DNA of 64,000 nucleotides from an uncultured Planctomycetaceae bacterium (GTDB taxonomy: Bacteria; Planctomycetota; Planctomycetia; Planctomycetales; Planctomycetaceae), in the NCBI GenBank assembly GCA_963815195.1, contig CAWFGE010000023.1:288001-352000 (forward strand). The letters are read 5' to 3'. Below, one piece after another: positions 9,369-18,025 of the stretch (its first letter is position 1; the number at the start of each line of letters is the position of its first letter). Made by a program: the position numbers and the translations under genes. The notes beneath the pieces are model-generated. The model worked only from the letters and a program-made list of their open reading frames with translations. It was not told the origin of the DNA and ran no database searches.

Positions 9369-10808
9369 CTAGATGATTCTCAGGTCATCGATCAACGCGC
9401 ACCGGCGCTGCCGAGTGAACGTCAAGGGATTCGTCACGCCTTCTCCGGTGGGCGTGGCGATGCTGAAGGATAGATAGCCTTCGCCTCCCAATCCCAAGCC
9501 CGCCATACAGGGGCCGTTCTTGATAAACAGTGTCGTATCCATCAGCCGGCCCATGATGGTCATGTTTCTCACATTCGTGGTATGGATGATGCTTGTATGC
9601 CCGAAACCGTGCTCATAATCCTTCGCGAACCGAATGGCCTCTTCAAAATCGCGGGCGCGGACGAAGGGGATAAAGGGCATCATTTGCTCTTCGGGAACAA
9701 AGGGGTTGTCCGTATCGGTTTCGCCGAAGAGGATTTGCGTTTGCGCGGGAACGCTTAGGCCGATGGCTTTTGCCAAGACGTGCGGGTCCGCCCCGATCAA
9801 GTCGCGGTTCAAGACATGTTTCGGGCCGCGCTCGGTGTTTTGCAGTTCGAAGGCAATGTTCGTGAGAGCCTGGACCTGCTGCGGATTGAGCCGATAGCCA
9901 CCGCTTCGAGAGACGGCCTCTAGGAGCGGATCGAAGATCGAATCGACCGCAAAGACTTCCTTCTCGCCGATACAGAGCAGGTTGTTATCATAGGCCGCCC
10001 CTTGCACGATCGAACGGGCGGCATTGTTGAGTTCGGCGGTTTCATCGACGACGACCGGCGGATTGCCGGGGCCGGCGACAATCGCCCGCTTGCGGCTAGC
10101 GAGCGCGGCCCGCGCAACACCCGGGCCTCCCGTGACACACAACAGCCGCACGCCCCGGTGGTTGAAAATCGCTTCCGCGGATTCGATTGTCGGCTCTTCG
10201 ATGATCGTGATGATGTCCTCGAGCCCGGTGGCGTGATAGATGGCTTGATTGAACCGCCTCACGCCTTCCACAGCGATCCGGCGGCCGCTCGGATGCGGGT
10301 TGACCACCATGGCATTGCCCGCGGAGACCATATTCACAACATTCCCGGCCAGCGTGGGCAGCGAATGCGTCACGGGTGTAATTGCACCGATCACGCCGAA
10401 GGGGGCATATTCGGTCACCGTCAACCCGTGGTCGCCGCTGACGCAGTCGCTCTTGAGCCATTCAATCCCGGGCACCCGGCGGATCGCGTGCAGCTTTTCG
10501 ATCTTATGATCGAGCCGGCCGATTTTGGTCTCCTCGAGTTCCATCCGCCCGAGTTCTTCCGCCTGATCCGAACAGATGTCGCGGACGATTTGAATGATCT
10601 TCGCACGATCGTCCAGAGAGACCTGCTGTAGCTGCTCAAAGCCGGCTTGGGCCGCCGCCACAGCGCGGTCCACGTCGGTATAGACGCCCCAAGTTCTTAC
10701 GGAGGCCTTTGGAGCATGGCCGTTGCTTGATGACAGCGGCGTGCGGCCGAGTTGGGCTAAGACTTCCTCAACAACCTGGCGGATGGCTTGTTCTGTGGGT
10801 TGGTTCAT
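9369..10808 (-). CDS. CoA-acylating aldehyde dehydrogenase (EutE/PduP type) with N-terminal encapsulation peptide
   Basis: [43 protein letters not shown] and [10 protein letters not shown]-terminal [16 protein letters not shown]. Confidence 0.95.
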   Translation of the reverse strand: MNQPTEQAIRQVVEEVLAQLGRTPLSSSNGHAPKASVRTWGVYTDVDRAVAAAQAGFEQLQQVSLDDRAKIIQIVRDICSDQAEELGRMELEETKIGRLDHKIEKLHAIRRVPGIEWLKSDCVSGDHGLTVTEYAPFGVIGAITPVTHSLPTLAGNVVNMVSAGNAMVVNPHPSGRRIAVEGVRRFNQAIYHATGLEDIITIIEEPTIESAEAIFNHRGVRLLCVTGGPGVARAALASRKRAIVAGPGNPPVVVDETAELNNAARSIVQGAAYDNNLLCIGEKEVFAVDSIFDPLLEAVSRSGGYRLNPQQVQALTNIAFELQNTERGPKHVLNRDLIGADPHVLAKAIGLSVPAQTQILFGETDTDNPFVPEEQMMPFIPFVRARDFEEAIRFAKDYEHGFGHTSIIHTTNVRNMTIMGRLMDTTLFIKNGPCMAGLGLGGEGYLSFSIATPTGEGVTNPLTFTRQRRCALIDDLRII

Positions 10809-10844
10809 ATCGTTATACTTTTTAATAGTGAAATACTAATTGCA

Positions 10845-11339
10845 CTAGAACTCGTCGCGGCCAAACGAAAGTTCGACCGTCCGGCGTTCAATCCAGCGAG
10901 TGATGCGGGGCCGCGTCGGAAAGCTGAAACACATGACGGCGAGCAAGGCCCCCATCGCGGCCAGGCTCCACCAATTTATTTCCAGGAGATAGGCCACGCC
11001 ATTGAAAAACGCCGCTCCTTCGAGCAAGGCCAATTTGATAATCAGTTCCGTTTGATAGACCGGAACGAACGCGAGAAGCGCTTCGTCCGAGCGGGGATCA
11101 TAGGTTTCCTTTTCGACTTTGCTGAATTCGAGTTGCAGCCGCACAAACGCCTGGCCCACGAGAGCCAAAACGGCGAAAGCGATTCCAATGATCGTCAACT
11201 GGCCTTGTTGCGGTTGGTTCCCTTGCGTGATGAAGACCGCGATCAACAAAAAGATCAGCACACCCTGGATCAAGGCAAAGGCGATGATCTGCATCACAAA
11301 CACCATTTGGCGAGGATCTTGGTTGTTCGAGCCAGGCAT
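10845..11339 (-). CDS. Hypothetical membrane protein (about 4 TM) inside the microcompartment operon
   Basis: Hydrophobic segments; co-directional with short gaps to both neighbours. Confidence 0.7.
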   Translation of the reverse strand: MPGSNNQDPRQMVFVMQIIAFALIQGVLIFLLIAVFITQGNQPQQGQLTIIGIAFAVLALVGQAFVRLQLEFSKVEKETYDPRSDEALLAFVPVYQTELIIKLALLEGAAFFNGVAYLLEINWWSLAAMGALLAVMCFSFPTRPRITRWIERRTVELSFGRDEF

Positions 11340-11350
11340 CGCGATTCCCC

Positions 11351-11662
11351 TTAATCGGATGACTTAAATATGGATTTCGTTCCCAACATGACCTGATCGA
11401 CGATGCCGATGATCGCGGCGTCGACCGGGAGGTTTTTCGTTTCGGGGGTGAATCTGGCACTCGATCCTTGCACGCACAAGACGACTTCCCCTTCGCCCGC
11501 GCCGACCGCATCGACGACGACAAAGGTGCGTCCCGTGGGCTTGAGGCTGGTTTGATCCTCTTCGTTCACCCGCAACGGTTCGACGAGGAGCAGTTTTTGC
11601 CCGACCATCGACTCCACCTTGTAAGTGGAGACCAGCGACCCTGTAATTCGCGCCAGAAACAT
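11351..11662 (-). CDS. BMC-P vertex protein (EutN/CcmL family)
   Basis: MFLARITGSLVST, VDAVGAGEGEVV, QGSSAR and PVDAAIIGIVD. Confidence 0.95.
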   Translation of the reverse strand: MFLARITGSLVSTYKVESMVGQKLLLVEPLRVNEEDQTSLKPTGRTFVVVDAVGAGEGEVVLCVQGSSARFTPETKNLPVDAAIIGIVDQVMLGTKSIFKSSD

Positions 11663-11731
11663 GCGGGTGTCAGTCTACGAATGTGTAAGTGAAAGTGTCA
11701 GTTGGTTAACAGTGTCATTCTCGGCAGGATG

Positions 11732-12922
11732 CTATTGGCGGCCCTGAATGAGTTGCTGCGCTTGCCGGGCGACGATGAGCTCCTCATTCGTCGGCATCAC
11801 CCAAATTTGGGTTCGGCTCGCATCTTTGGAAATCGGCATTTCGCCCCGAGCGGATTGATTGAGTTGCTCGTCGAGTTCAATCCCTGCGAATTCCAGGTTT
11901 TTTGTGGCCTCCGAGCGAATGCGGGCGCAGTTTTCTCCGATGCCACCCGTGAAGACGATCGCATCCGCCCCTCCTAGCATCGCAAGACAGGCGCCGAGAT
12001 ATTGCCGAATCGCGGCGGTGAATACTTCCAATGCCAAGTTGGCCCGCGCGTGTCCTTGGGCGGCGGCTTGTTCCAAGTCGCGGACATCGCCGCTGAGACC
12101 GCTGACACCTAACAGGCCGCTTTTTGTTGCCAGGTCCTTGAGCAGTTCTTCGAGCGATTTTCCTGTCGCCTTCATCAGCACGGGCAAGGCAAACGGGTCG
12201 AAATCGCCGACGCGATTGTTATGCGGCAGGCCCGATTGGGGGCTCATTCCTAAACTGTTTACCACCGACCGTCCATTCTCGATGCCACACAGAGAACTGC
12301 TGCCTCCCAGGTGACAGGAGATGATTTTTAAATCGTTTCGCGAGAGCAGTTCGGCCGTTCTCGTTGCAATATAGCGATGGCTGGCTCCGTGGAATCCCCA
12401 CCGCTGGACTTCGTACTTTTCTTTCCACTCATAGGGAACCGCGTAGGTACGGTTGGCTTCGGGGATCGTTTCGTGGAACGCGGTCTCGAGGGCAGCGACT
12501 AAGGGGATACTCGGAAACGCCGACTTCAGCTCCCGCATGGCCCGCACATAAGGGGGGTTATGCGCAGGCGCAATGTCCGCGAGTTGGTCCATCTTGTCGA
12601 GCAATTCCTCATCGACCAACCGTATGCCGGACAGCCGACCCGCAAACACCGTCTTAAAGCCGATCGCCGAAACTTCCGACACCGAAGACAGACACCCCGC
12701 GTCCGCGTCCGTGAGTTGCTCGAGGCATCGGCTCACCGCCACGGCATGATTGGGGATATGTTCCCGGGACTCGGAATGGATGTTGTTGATCTCGTGCGCA
12801 CAATGGCTTTCCGGCTGGCCGATCCGATCAATTCCGCCCTTGGCCAAATGCGTCTCGGTGGCCATATCAAACAGGCGGTACTTAAAACTGGTCGAACCAA
12901 GGTTGGCGACGAGGATTTTCAT
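11732..12922 (-). CDS. ackA: Acetate/propionate kinase
   Basis: [40 protein letters not shown] and PTNEEL. Confidence 0.93.
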   Translation of the reverse strand: MKILVANLGSTSFKYRLFDMATETHLAKGGIDRIGQPESHCAHEINNIHSESREHIPNHAVAVSRCLEQLTDADAGCLSSVSEVSAIGFKTVFAGRLSGIRLVDEELLDKMDQLADIAPAHNPPYVRAMRELKSAFPSIPLVAALETAFHETIPEANRTYAVPYEWKEKYEVQRWGFHGASHRYIATRTAELLSRNDLKIISCHLGGSSSLCGIENGRSVVNSLGMSPQSGLPHNNRVGDFDPFALPVLMKATGKSLEELLKDLATKSGLLGVSGLSGDVRDLEQAAAQGHARANLALEVFTAAIRQYLGACLAMLGGADAIVFTGGIGENCARIRSEATKNLEFAGIELDEQLNQSARGEMPISKDASRTQIWVMPTNEELIVARQAQQLIQGRQ

Positions 12923-12980
12923 GTTCAGCGATCCATGCTCCACGGAGAGAAAAAGTCGATGCGAGCCAGGTTTTAGGACC

Positions 12981-13250
12981 CTATAAGAAGCTTTGGATCA
13001 GCGTCGGTTCCGGGCGGGCGATGACGTGAGCGCTCACGAGTTCGCCCACCTGCGATGCCGCGGCGGCCCCGGCATCGACGGCGGCGCGGACGGAGCCGAC
13101 ATCGCCTTTAATAACGGTGGTCACAAAGCCCCCGCCGATTTGAATCTGCTTGACAAGGCTGACGTTCGCTGCTTTGAGCATGGCGTCGGACGCTTCGATC
13201 TGCGCGATCAAGCCCTTGGTCTCGATCATTCCGATGGCTTCACTGGTCAT
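12981..13250 (-). CDS. BMC-H shell hexamer (possible longer start at 13331/13334)
   Basis: [31 protein letters not shown] and HVIARP. Confidence 0.95.
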   Translation of the reverse strand: MTSEAIGMIETKGLIAQIEASDAMLKAANVSLVKQIQIGGGFVTTVIKGDVGSVRAAVDAGAAAASQVGELVSAHVIARPEPTLIQSFL

Positions 13251-13421
13251 AGTGGTTTGTTTCTCGCTTGTATCTGGGGTTTTCTGCTTCGCCGATTTGG
13301 AAGCGGACGAATTTGTGGAAGTATTAGACATCACCGGGCCTGTTTGATTCCTAGTGCCGGAACTTAAACGGACAGAATGTCGGTGGATTGCACTGGCAAC
13401 ACGTTGCCCGTGGCACCCTCA

Positions 13422-13706
13422 CTATTTCGATTTCGGCAACACGCTCGAGAGTTCTTCATGCGGGCGGGGAATGACTTGCACGCTGACGACTTCGCCGATT
13501 TTGCTGGCCGCGCTGGCCCCGGCATCGACCGCGGCTTTCACCGCGGCGACGTCGCCCACGACAAACGCCGTCACCAGACCGCTGCCCACTTTTTCCCAGC
13601 CAATCGAGCGGACATTGGCGGATTTGAGCATGGCATCCACAGCTTCGATAAGACAGACAAGCCCCTTGGTTTCGATCATCCCCAGGGCTTCCATTGCATT
13701 GGCCAT
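13422..13706 (-). CDS. BMC-H shell hexamer
   Basis: [28 protein letters not shown] and VIPRPH; AAGGAG ribosome-binding site upstream. Confidence 0.96.
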   Translation of the reverse strand: MANAMEALGMIETKGLVCLIEAVDAMLKSANVRSIGWEKVGSGLVTAFVVGDVAAVKAAVDAGASAASKIGEVVSVQVIPRPHEELSSVLPKSK

Positions 13707-13796
13707 TTGTGGTTTCTCCTTGGTAGAGAACAGGAAAGAGTTGTTAACGGTGTCGGTTCGTGTCTGCGTTTCTAACTTCTACTCCTGCGCCTCTCC

Positions 13797-13855
13797 CGTA
13801 GCGGCGGCTTCCAGCCGCCGAGCTTTGTATACGGCGGCAAGATGCCGCCGCTACG
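13797..13855. repeat. GTAG-type REP doublet, family B
   Basis: CGTAGCGGCGGCTTCCAGCCGCCGAG and an inverted partner ending GCCGCCGCTACG. Confidence 0.8.
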
Positions 13856-13868
13856 TTGGCGGCTCGAG

Positions 13869-14570
13869 TTACTCGCGGTGGCAGGCGCAGGGTTTGGGTT
13901 TGATGAGATCGACTTTTGTTGCACCGTCCAGGTTGACGGCGTTGCCTTCGTCCGTATCGATGTGCACTTCGAGCTTGATTCGGTCGCCCGCACGGATGAC
14001 GAGGTCTTCGAGCACGGTGGTGCAGCCGGCGGATTCCACGCGGAGGTGCATGACATCGCCATTTTTGACGCCGTAGTATTGTAAGTCCGCCGAGCCCATA
14101 TGCACGTGCCGCATGGCGCGGATCACGCCTTGGTTCAATTCGACCGATCCGTTCGGGCCGACGAGCAAACAGCCGGGCGTGCCTTGGATGTCGCCGCTGA
14201 TCCGCACGGGCAGGTCGATGCCCAGCGAAATGCCGTCGGTAAACGCCAGCTCGACTTGGGAATCGCCCCGGCAGGGGCCGAGCACGCGGACGCTGGGGAG
14301 CATTCGCCGGCGGGGGCCGATGATCGCCACGGTTTCCTTGGCGGCATAGTAGCCGTCTTGATAGAGATCTTTCACGGGTTCCAGTTCGGGTTTGCCGAAC
14401 AGGATTTGCACGTGTTCATCGGTCAGGTGCACGTGGCGGGCCGAGATATTGACGACGAGAGGATTGGGTTTCGCGGCCGCGGCCGGAGGGCCGGGGCTAC
14501 GCTGGGCGAGCACCTGGCGGACCAGTTGTTCGATGTCCGAGCGGCTGATGGCGCGTGAAACCTGTGTCAT
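13869..14570 (-). CDS. pduL: Phosphate propanoyltransferase PduL with N-terminal encapsulation peptide
   Basis: [22 protein letters not shown] and [12 protein letters not shown]-terminal [14 protein letters not shown]. Confidence 0.95.
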   Translation of the reverse strand: MTQVSRAISRSDIEQLVRQVLAQRSPGPPAAAAKPNPLVVNISARHVHLTDEHVQILFGKPELEPVKDLYQDGYYAAKETVAIIGPRRRMLPSVRVLGPCRGDSQVELAFTDGISLGIDLPVRISGDIQGTPGCLLVGPNGSVELNQGVIRAMRHVHMGSADLQYYGVKNGDVMHLRVESAGCTTVLEDLVIRAGDRIKLEVHIDTDEGNAVNLDGATKVDLIKPKPCACHRE

Positions 14571-14618
14571 GGTTGTTGTCATTCCAGGATGGGGCAATGG
14601 AATGCCTGGGGCACGATT

Positions 14619-15392
14619 TTAATTGTCTCGGCACGGGAATGCGTCGGCGATGGTGACTCGGACGCCCGCCTCGTCCAAAGTTCGCCGCCAATGGGGAGAG
14701 ATGCCGGAGTCGACGACCAGATGGTCGATGGCCTCCAGTCCGCACAGGTGCGAGAGGGCCGAGCGGCCCAGCTTTCCGCTGTCGCAAACGACCACAACTT
14801 CATCGGCGGACTGCATCATTTGGCGTTCGGTTTCGACCAGGAGGGCGTTGCTGTTAAACAGGCCTTTTTCCGTGATTCCGCCCACGCTCATGATGAGCCG
14901 ATGGGCGTTGATGGTTTTCAAACTCGCGACGGCGACGGGTCCCAAGGCCACTCCGGTTTTGGGATACAGGTAGCCGCCGATCAATATCAATTCGACTCCC
15001 GACTGGTTGGCGAGGAGATTGGCGATCGGCAGCGAATTGGTGACGATCTGGTAGGGTTTCCCGATCAACTGCCGGGCGACTTCCAAAGTCGTCGTGCCGC
15101 CGTCCAAAATCACCGTCTCTTCGGGCTGGATGAGTTGGGCGGCGGCTTTGGCGATGACTTGCTTCTCCCGCGAGGCGTGCCGGCTGCGGTCTTCGAACCC
15201 GGAAAGGGATTCTCCCGTGAAGGCCGCCCCTCCCCGCGTGCGGCGGATTTGACCGATTCCGTCAAGATACTCCAAATCCCGTCGCACGGTGGACTCGCTG
15301 GCACCCGATGTGTCCACAAGTTCCTGAACGGACACAAATCCATTATTTTCAATGAGTTGTAAAATGCGTTTCCGCCGTTCGTCAACCAGCAC
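14619..15392 (-). CDS. DeoR/GlpR-family transcriptional regulator
   Basis: [27 protein letters not shown] and CDSGKLG; GTG start assumed. Confidence 0.93.
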   Translation of the reverse strand: MLVDERRKRILQLIENNGFVSVQELVDTSGASESTVRRDLEYLDGIGQIRRTRGGAAFTGESLSGFEDRSRHASREKQVIAKAAAQLIQPEETVILDGGTTTLEVARQLIGKPYQIVTNSLPIANLLANQSGVELILIGGYLYPKTGVALGPVAVASLKTINAHRLIMSVGGITEKGLFNSNALLVETERQMMQSADEVVVVCDSGKLGRSALSHLCGLEAIDHLVVDSGISPHWRRTLDEAGVRVTIADAFPCRDN

Positions 15393-15767
15393 CAGCCGAT
15401 TCCTTATTCTTGCAAGTTCTCCTCGTTTCTCCATTATGCCAAGACGTGACAACGAGTGCAATCAAAATCAGTCACATACATTCAAAAAACTCCAAATACT
15501 TTCGCGATTGATGACTGCGTTCCCAACGCGCGAAGAGGCTGCGGCGCGAAAAGTGTACGATGAAAAACGACCCGCCGCGCAAAATGGGGAGAATTTCCCC
15601 GTGAATTTGGGAAATGCAAGTTGCAGCATGGGGAAGGTTGCCGGTTCTGCCGGTCAATCCGAAAACCTGGCCAAATTCTGGAACATCCTCTCTGTTCCTG
15701 GGAAAACTTCTTCGTACAATTTCCACCAACTTCCCCATTTCCCCTCCAACCTCAAGAGGATCGCCGC

Positions 15768-16817
15768 ATGCCCAACAAGTCCGATTATCTTCACACCCCC
15801 GTCGAGCATTTGGACATCACCCGCCACAACGTGATTCCCTGGGTCGAGCCGATGCAGCACGCGGCGTTCAGCGCCCGCGATTTGTACCGGGCGGCGAGCA
15901 TTTATGATTTGATGCTGCGGGACGAGAATTGCGGCGTGATTTTGTGTCTGGCCGGCTCGCTGATCAGCGCGGGGCTCAAGAAGATTTTCGTGGATTTGAT
16001 CCGCCACAACATGGTGGACGCCATTGTCTCCACCGGGGCGAACATCGTTGATCAGGATTTCTTCGAGGCGTTGGGGTTTCGGCATTATGTCGCGGAAGAG
16101 CGGCTGAAATCCGGCTTGTTCGACGATGAACTCCGCCAACAAAACATCGATCGGATTTACGACACGCTGATCAATGAGGACGAGCTCAGAATTTGCGACG
16201 AGACCGTGACCCAGGTCGCCAACCAGTTGGAGCCGCGGCCGTATTCTTCGCGGGAGTTCATCGGCGAGATGGGGCGATGGCTGACGCAGAACGGCCGCGA
16301 GCGGGCGGAGAGCATCGTGCTGGAAGCGTTTCGGCGGGATGTGCCGATCTTCGTGCCCGCGTTCAGCGACTGCTCCGCCGGGTTTGGATTAATCGCCCAC
16401 CAGGCGGCCCGGGAAGAAGGGCCGAGCGTGAGCATCGACAGCGTCCGCGATTTTCACGAGCTTTCCAAATTGAAGATTCATGCCGGCGACACGGGGCTCT
16501 TGATGATCGGCGGCGGCGTGCCCAAGAACTTCGCCCAGGACATTGTGGTCGCAGCGGATATCCTGGGCCACGAAGCCTCCATGCACAAATACGCCATCCA
16601 GGTGACGGTGGCCGACGCGCGGGACGGGGCGCTTTCGGGTTCGACGCTCAAGGAAGCCTGCAGTTGGGGCAAAGTCGATACGGTGCACGAGCAGATGGTG
16701 TATAGCGAAGCCACCTTGGCCGTTCCGCTGATCGCCGGATACGCCTATCACAAGGAAGGTTGGAAAAACCGGCAGCCCAAACACTGGAGCCGGGTGCTCT
16801 CCGCGGTGAACGTTTAG
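15768..16817 (+). CDS. Deoxyhypusine synthase-like protein (probable homospermidine synthase)
   Basis: STGANIVDQDF, GGGVPKNF and GALSGSTLKEACSWGKV, which includes the catalytic Lys. Confidence 0.9.
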   Translation: MPNKSDYLHTPVEHLDITRHNVIPWVEPMQHAAFSARDLYRAASIYDLMLRDENCGVILCLAGSLISAGLKKIFVDLIRHNMVDAIVSTGANIVDQDFFEALGFRHYVAEERLKSGLFDDELRQQNIDRIYDTLINEDELRICDETVTQVANQLEPRPYSSREFIGEMGRWLTQNGRERAESIVLEAFRRDVPIFVPAFSDCSAGFGLIAHQAAREEGPSVSIDSVRDFHELSKLKIHAGDTGLLMIGGGVPKNFAQDIVVAADILGHEASMHKYAIQVTVADARDGALSGSTLKEACSWGKVDTVHEQMVYSEATLAVPLIAGYAYHKEGWKNRQPKHWSRVLSAVNV

Positions 16818-16845
16818 AATCCAGCATCCGGTTCGCGCAGGGAAG

Positions 16846-16872
16846 AACCGGGGCTAGCGCCCTGCGGCTAAT
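16846..16872. repeat. REP-like palindrome, family A
   Basis: AACCGGGGCTAGCGCCCTGCGGCTAAT differs by one base from the copy at 39580-39606. Confidence 0.85.
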
Positions 16873-17093
16873 TCTTTCGATCCCAAGTTTTCGGTTTGAC
16901 GCACGGGTGCCGGGGGCGCAAAGAGACGTTCCAAGGAAAGAGCTTTGAGGCCTGGGGCCGTGTGAGATTTTTCTCGCCCGGCCACAGCCCCAGCATTCAC
17001 CGTTCAAGCCTTGTTCCAACGGCGATTTGCGCCCCAGCCACCCAAACGCTTACAGTGTGAGCACTTTCATTAAAGCGGCAAAGCCGCAACCAA

Positions 17094-17152
17094 CGTAGCG
17101 GCGGCATCTTGCCGGGGTAGATCGATCTCGGCGGCTGGAAGCCACCGCTACG
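17094..17152. repeat. GTAG-type REP doublet, family B
   Basis: Approximate reverse complement of the doublet at 13797-13855. Confidence 0.8.
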
Positions 17153-17193
17153 AGAGACGCGCGCACGACGCCCAGAAGCTACAAACTCAGAAA

Positions 17194-17566
17194 CTATTGG
17201 GCACTCTGCATGTCGGGGCGGAGGTTTTGGGCGTCTCGCAAATAGATGTGGCGGATCTCTGCGGGGGTTTTGTCGGTTTCTGCGTGGATCAACACGCGAA
17301 TGCAGCGCGGCATGCTGCCGGGGACGGGGATTTCCTGCGCAGAGCAGCGGGACCTGACCCATCCCCATGCGGCGGGCGGCCTCGGCGGGAAAGGTGGATT
17401 TCAGGTCGCTCGTCGTGGTGAAGATCGCGGAGACGACGTCGTCGAATTCTGTGATCTGATTCGCGCGGAGGAGTTCTTCCAACAGTTCCCGCGTGGCCGA
17501 CAGAATGAGTTCCGGCTCATCCGCTTCGACAGTGATCGCCCCCCGAATTCCTCGCATGGCCGGCAT
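17194..17566 (-). CDS. aroH: AroH-type chorismate mutase (frameshift near 17337)
   Basis: [10 protein letters not shown] and FPAEAAR...VPLLCA continue in a shifted frame as [18 protein letters not shown]...[13 protein letters not shown]. Confidence 0.88.
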
Positions 17567-17895
17567 ATGCTGTTTGGTGCTGTGAAAAAACTGGTGATCT
17601 CAAACACTCGCCCGCCCCACGTTAACAGGAACCCGTTCTCTCAGCAAGAATGCGGCGGACGAACCCGCCCGAGACCTCACCGGGACTGCATCAAGCGTTA
17701 TTCAACCACGGCGGCAAGACGGAGAAGACAAGCCTGGCAAAGCCAGTGTCACAAGTGGCACACCGCAGTGGCAAAGGCGGTGGCACAAGTGGCAGACTTT
17801 GGGAAAGCGGGGTTTACGGGGAGCGGCGCGGTTTTCTATCTTGGAATTGGAAACAGGCGGGAAGGTCCTCGCGTCTACAGCGGAGGGAGCATCTC

Positions 17896-17985
17896 ATGTG
17901 GTTTGGCTGGAATTATTTGATCGGGATTGTGTTGGCGGAAATCTGGCAGACGGTGGTGTGGTTTCTGCTCAGCCTGCCCGGATAG
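17896..17985 (+). CDS. Putative 29-aa hydrophobic small protein
   Basis: MWFGWNYLIGIVLAEIWQTVVWFLLSLPG, preceded by GGAGGGAG. Confidence 0.45.
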   Translation: MWFGWNYLIGIVLAEIWQTVVWFLLSLPG

Positions 17986-18025
17986 TCGGCGATTGTTCCG
18001 TGTGCGTCACAATTGTGCGGAAACC

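Noticed and set aside
15393..15767. DeoR operator upstream of the microcompartment operon (AATCAAAATCAGTCAC region)
   Set aside because: Plausible by position, but the repeats are too short and degenerate to support a call.
17567..17985. Aromatic amino acid attenuator for aroH
   Set aside because: The Trp/Phe-rich peptide is on the opposite strand, and I saw no leader peptide plus terminator on the aroH strand.
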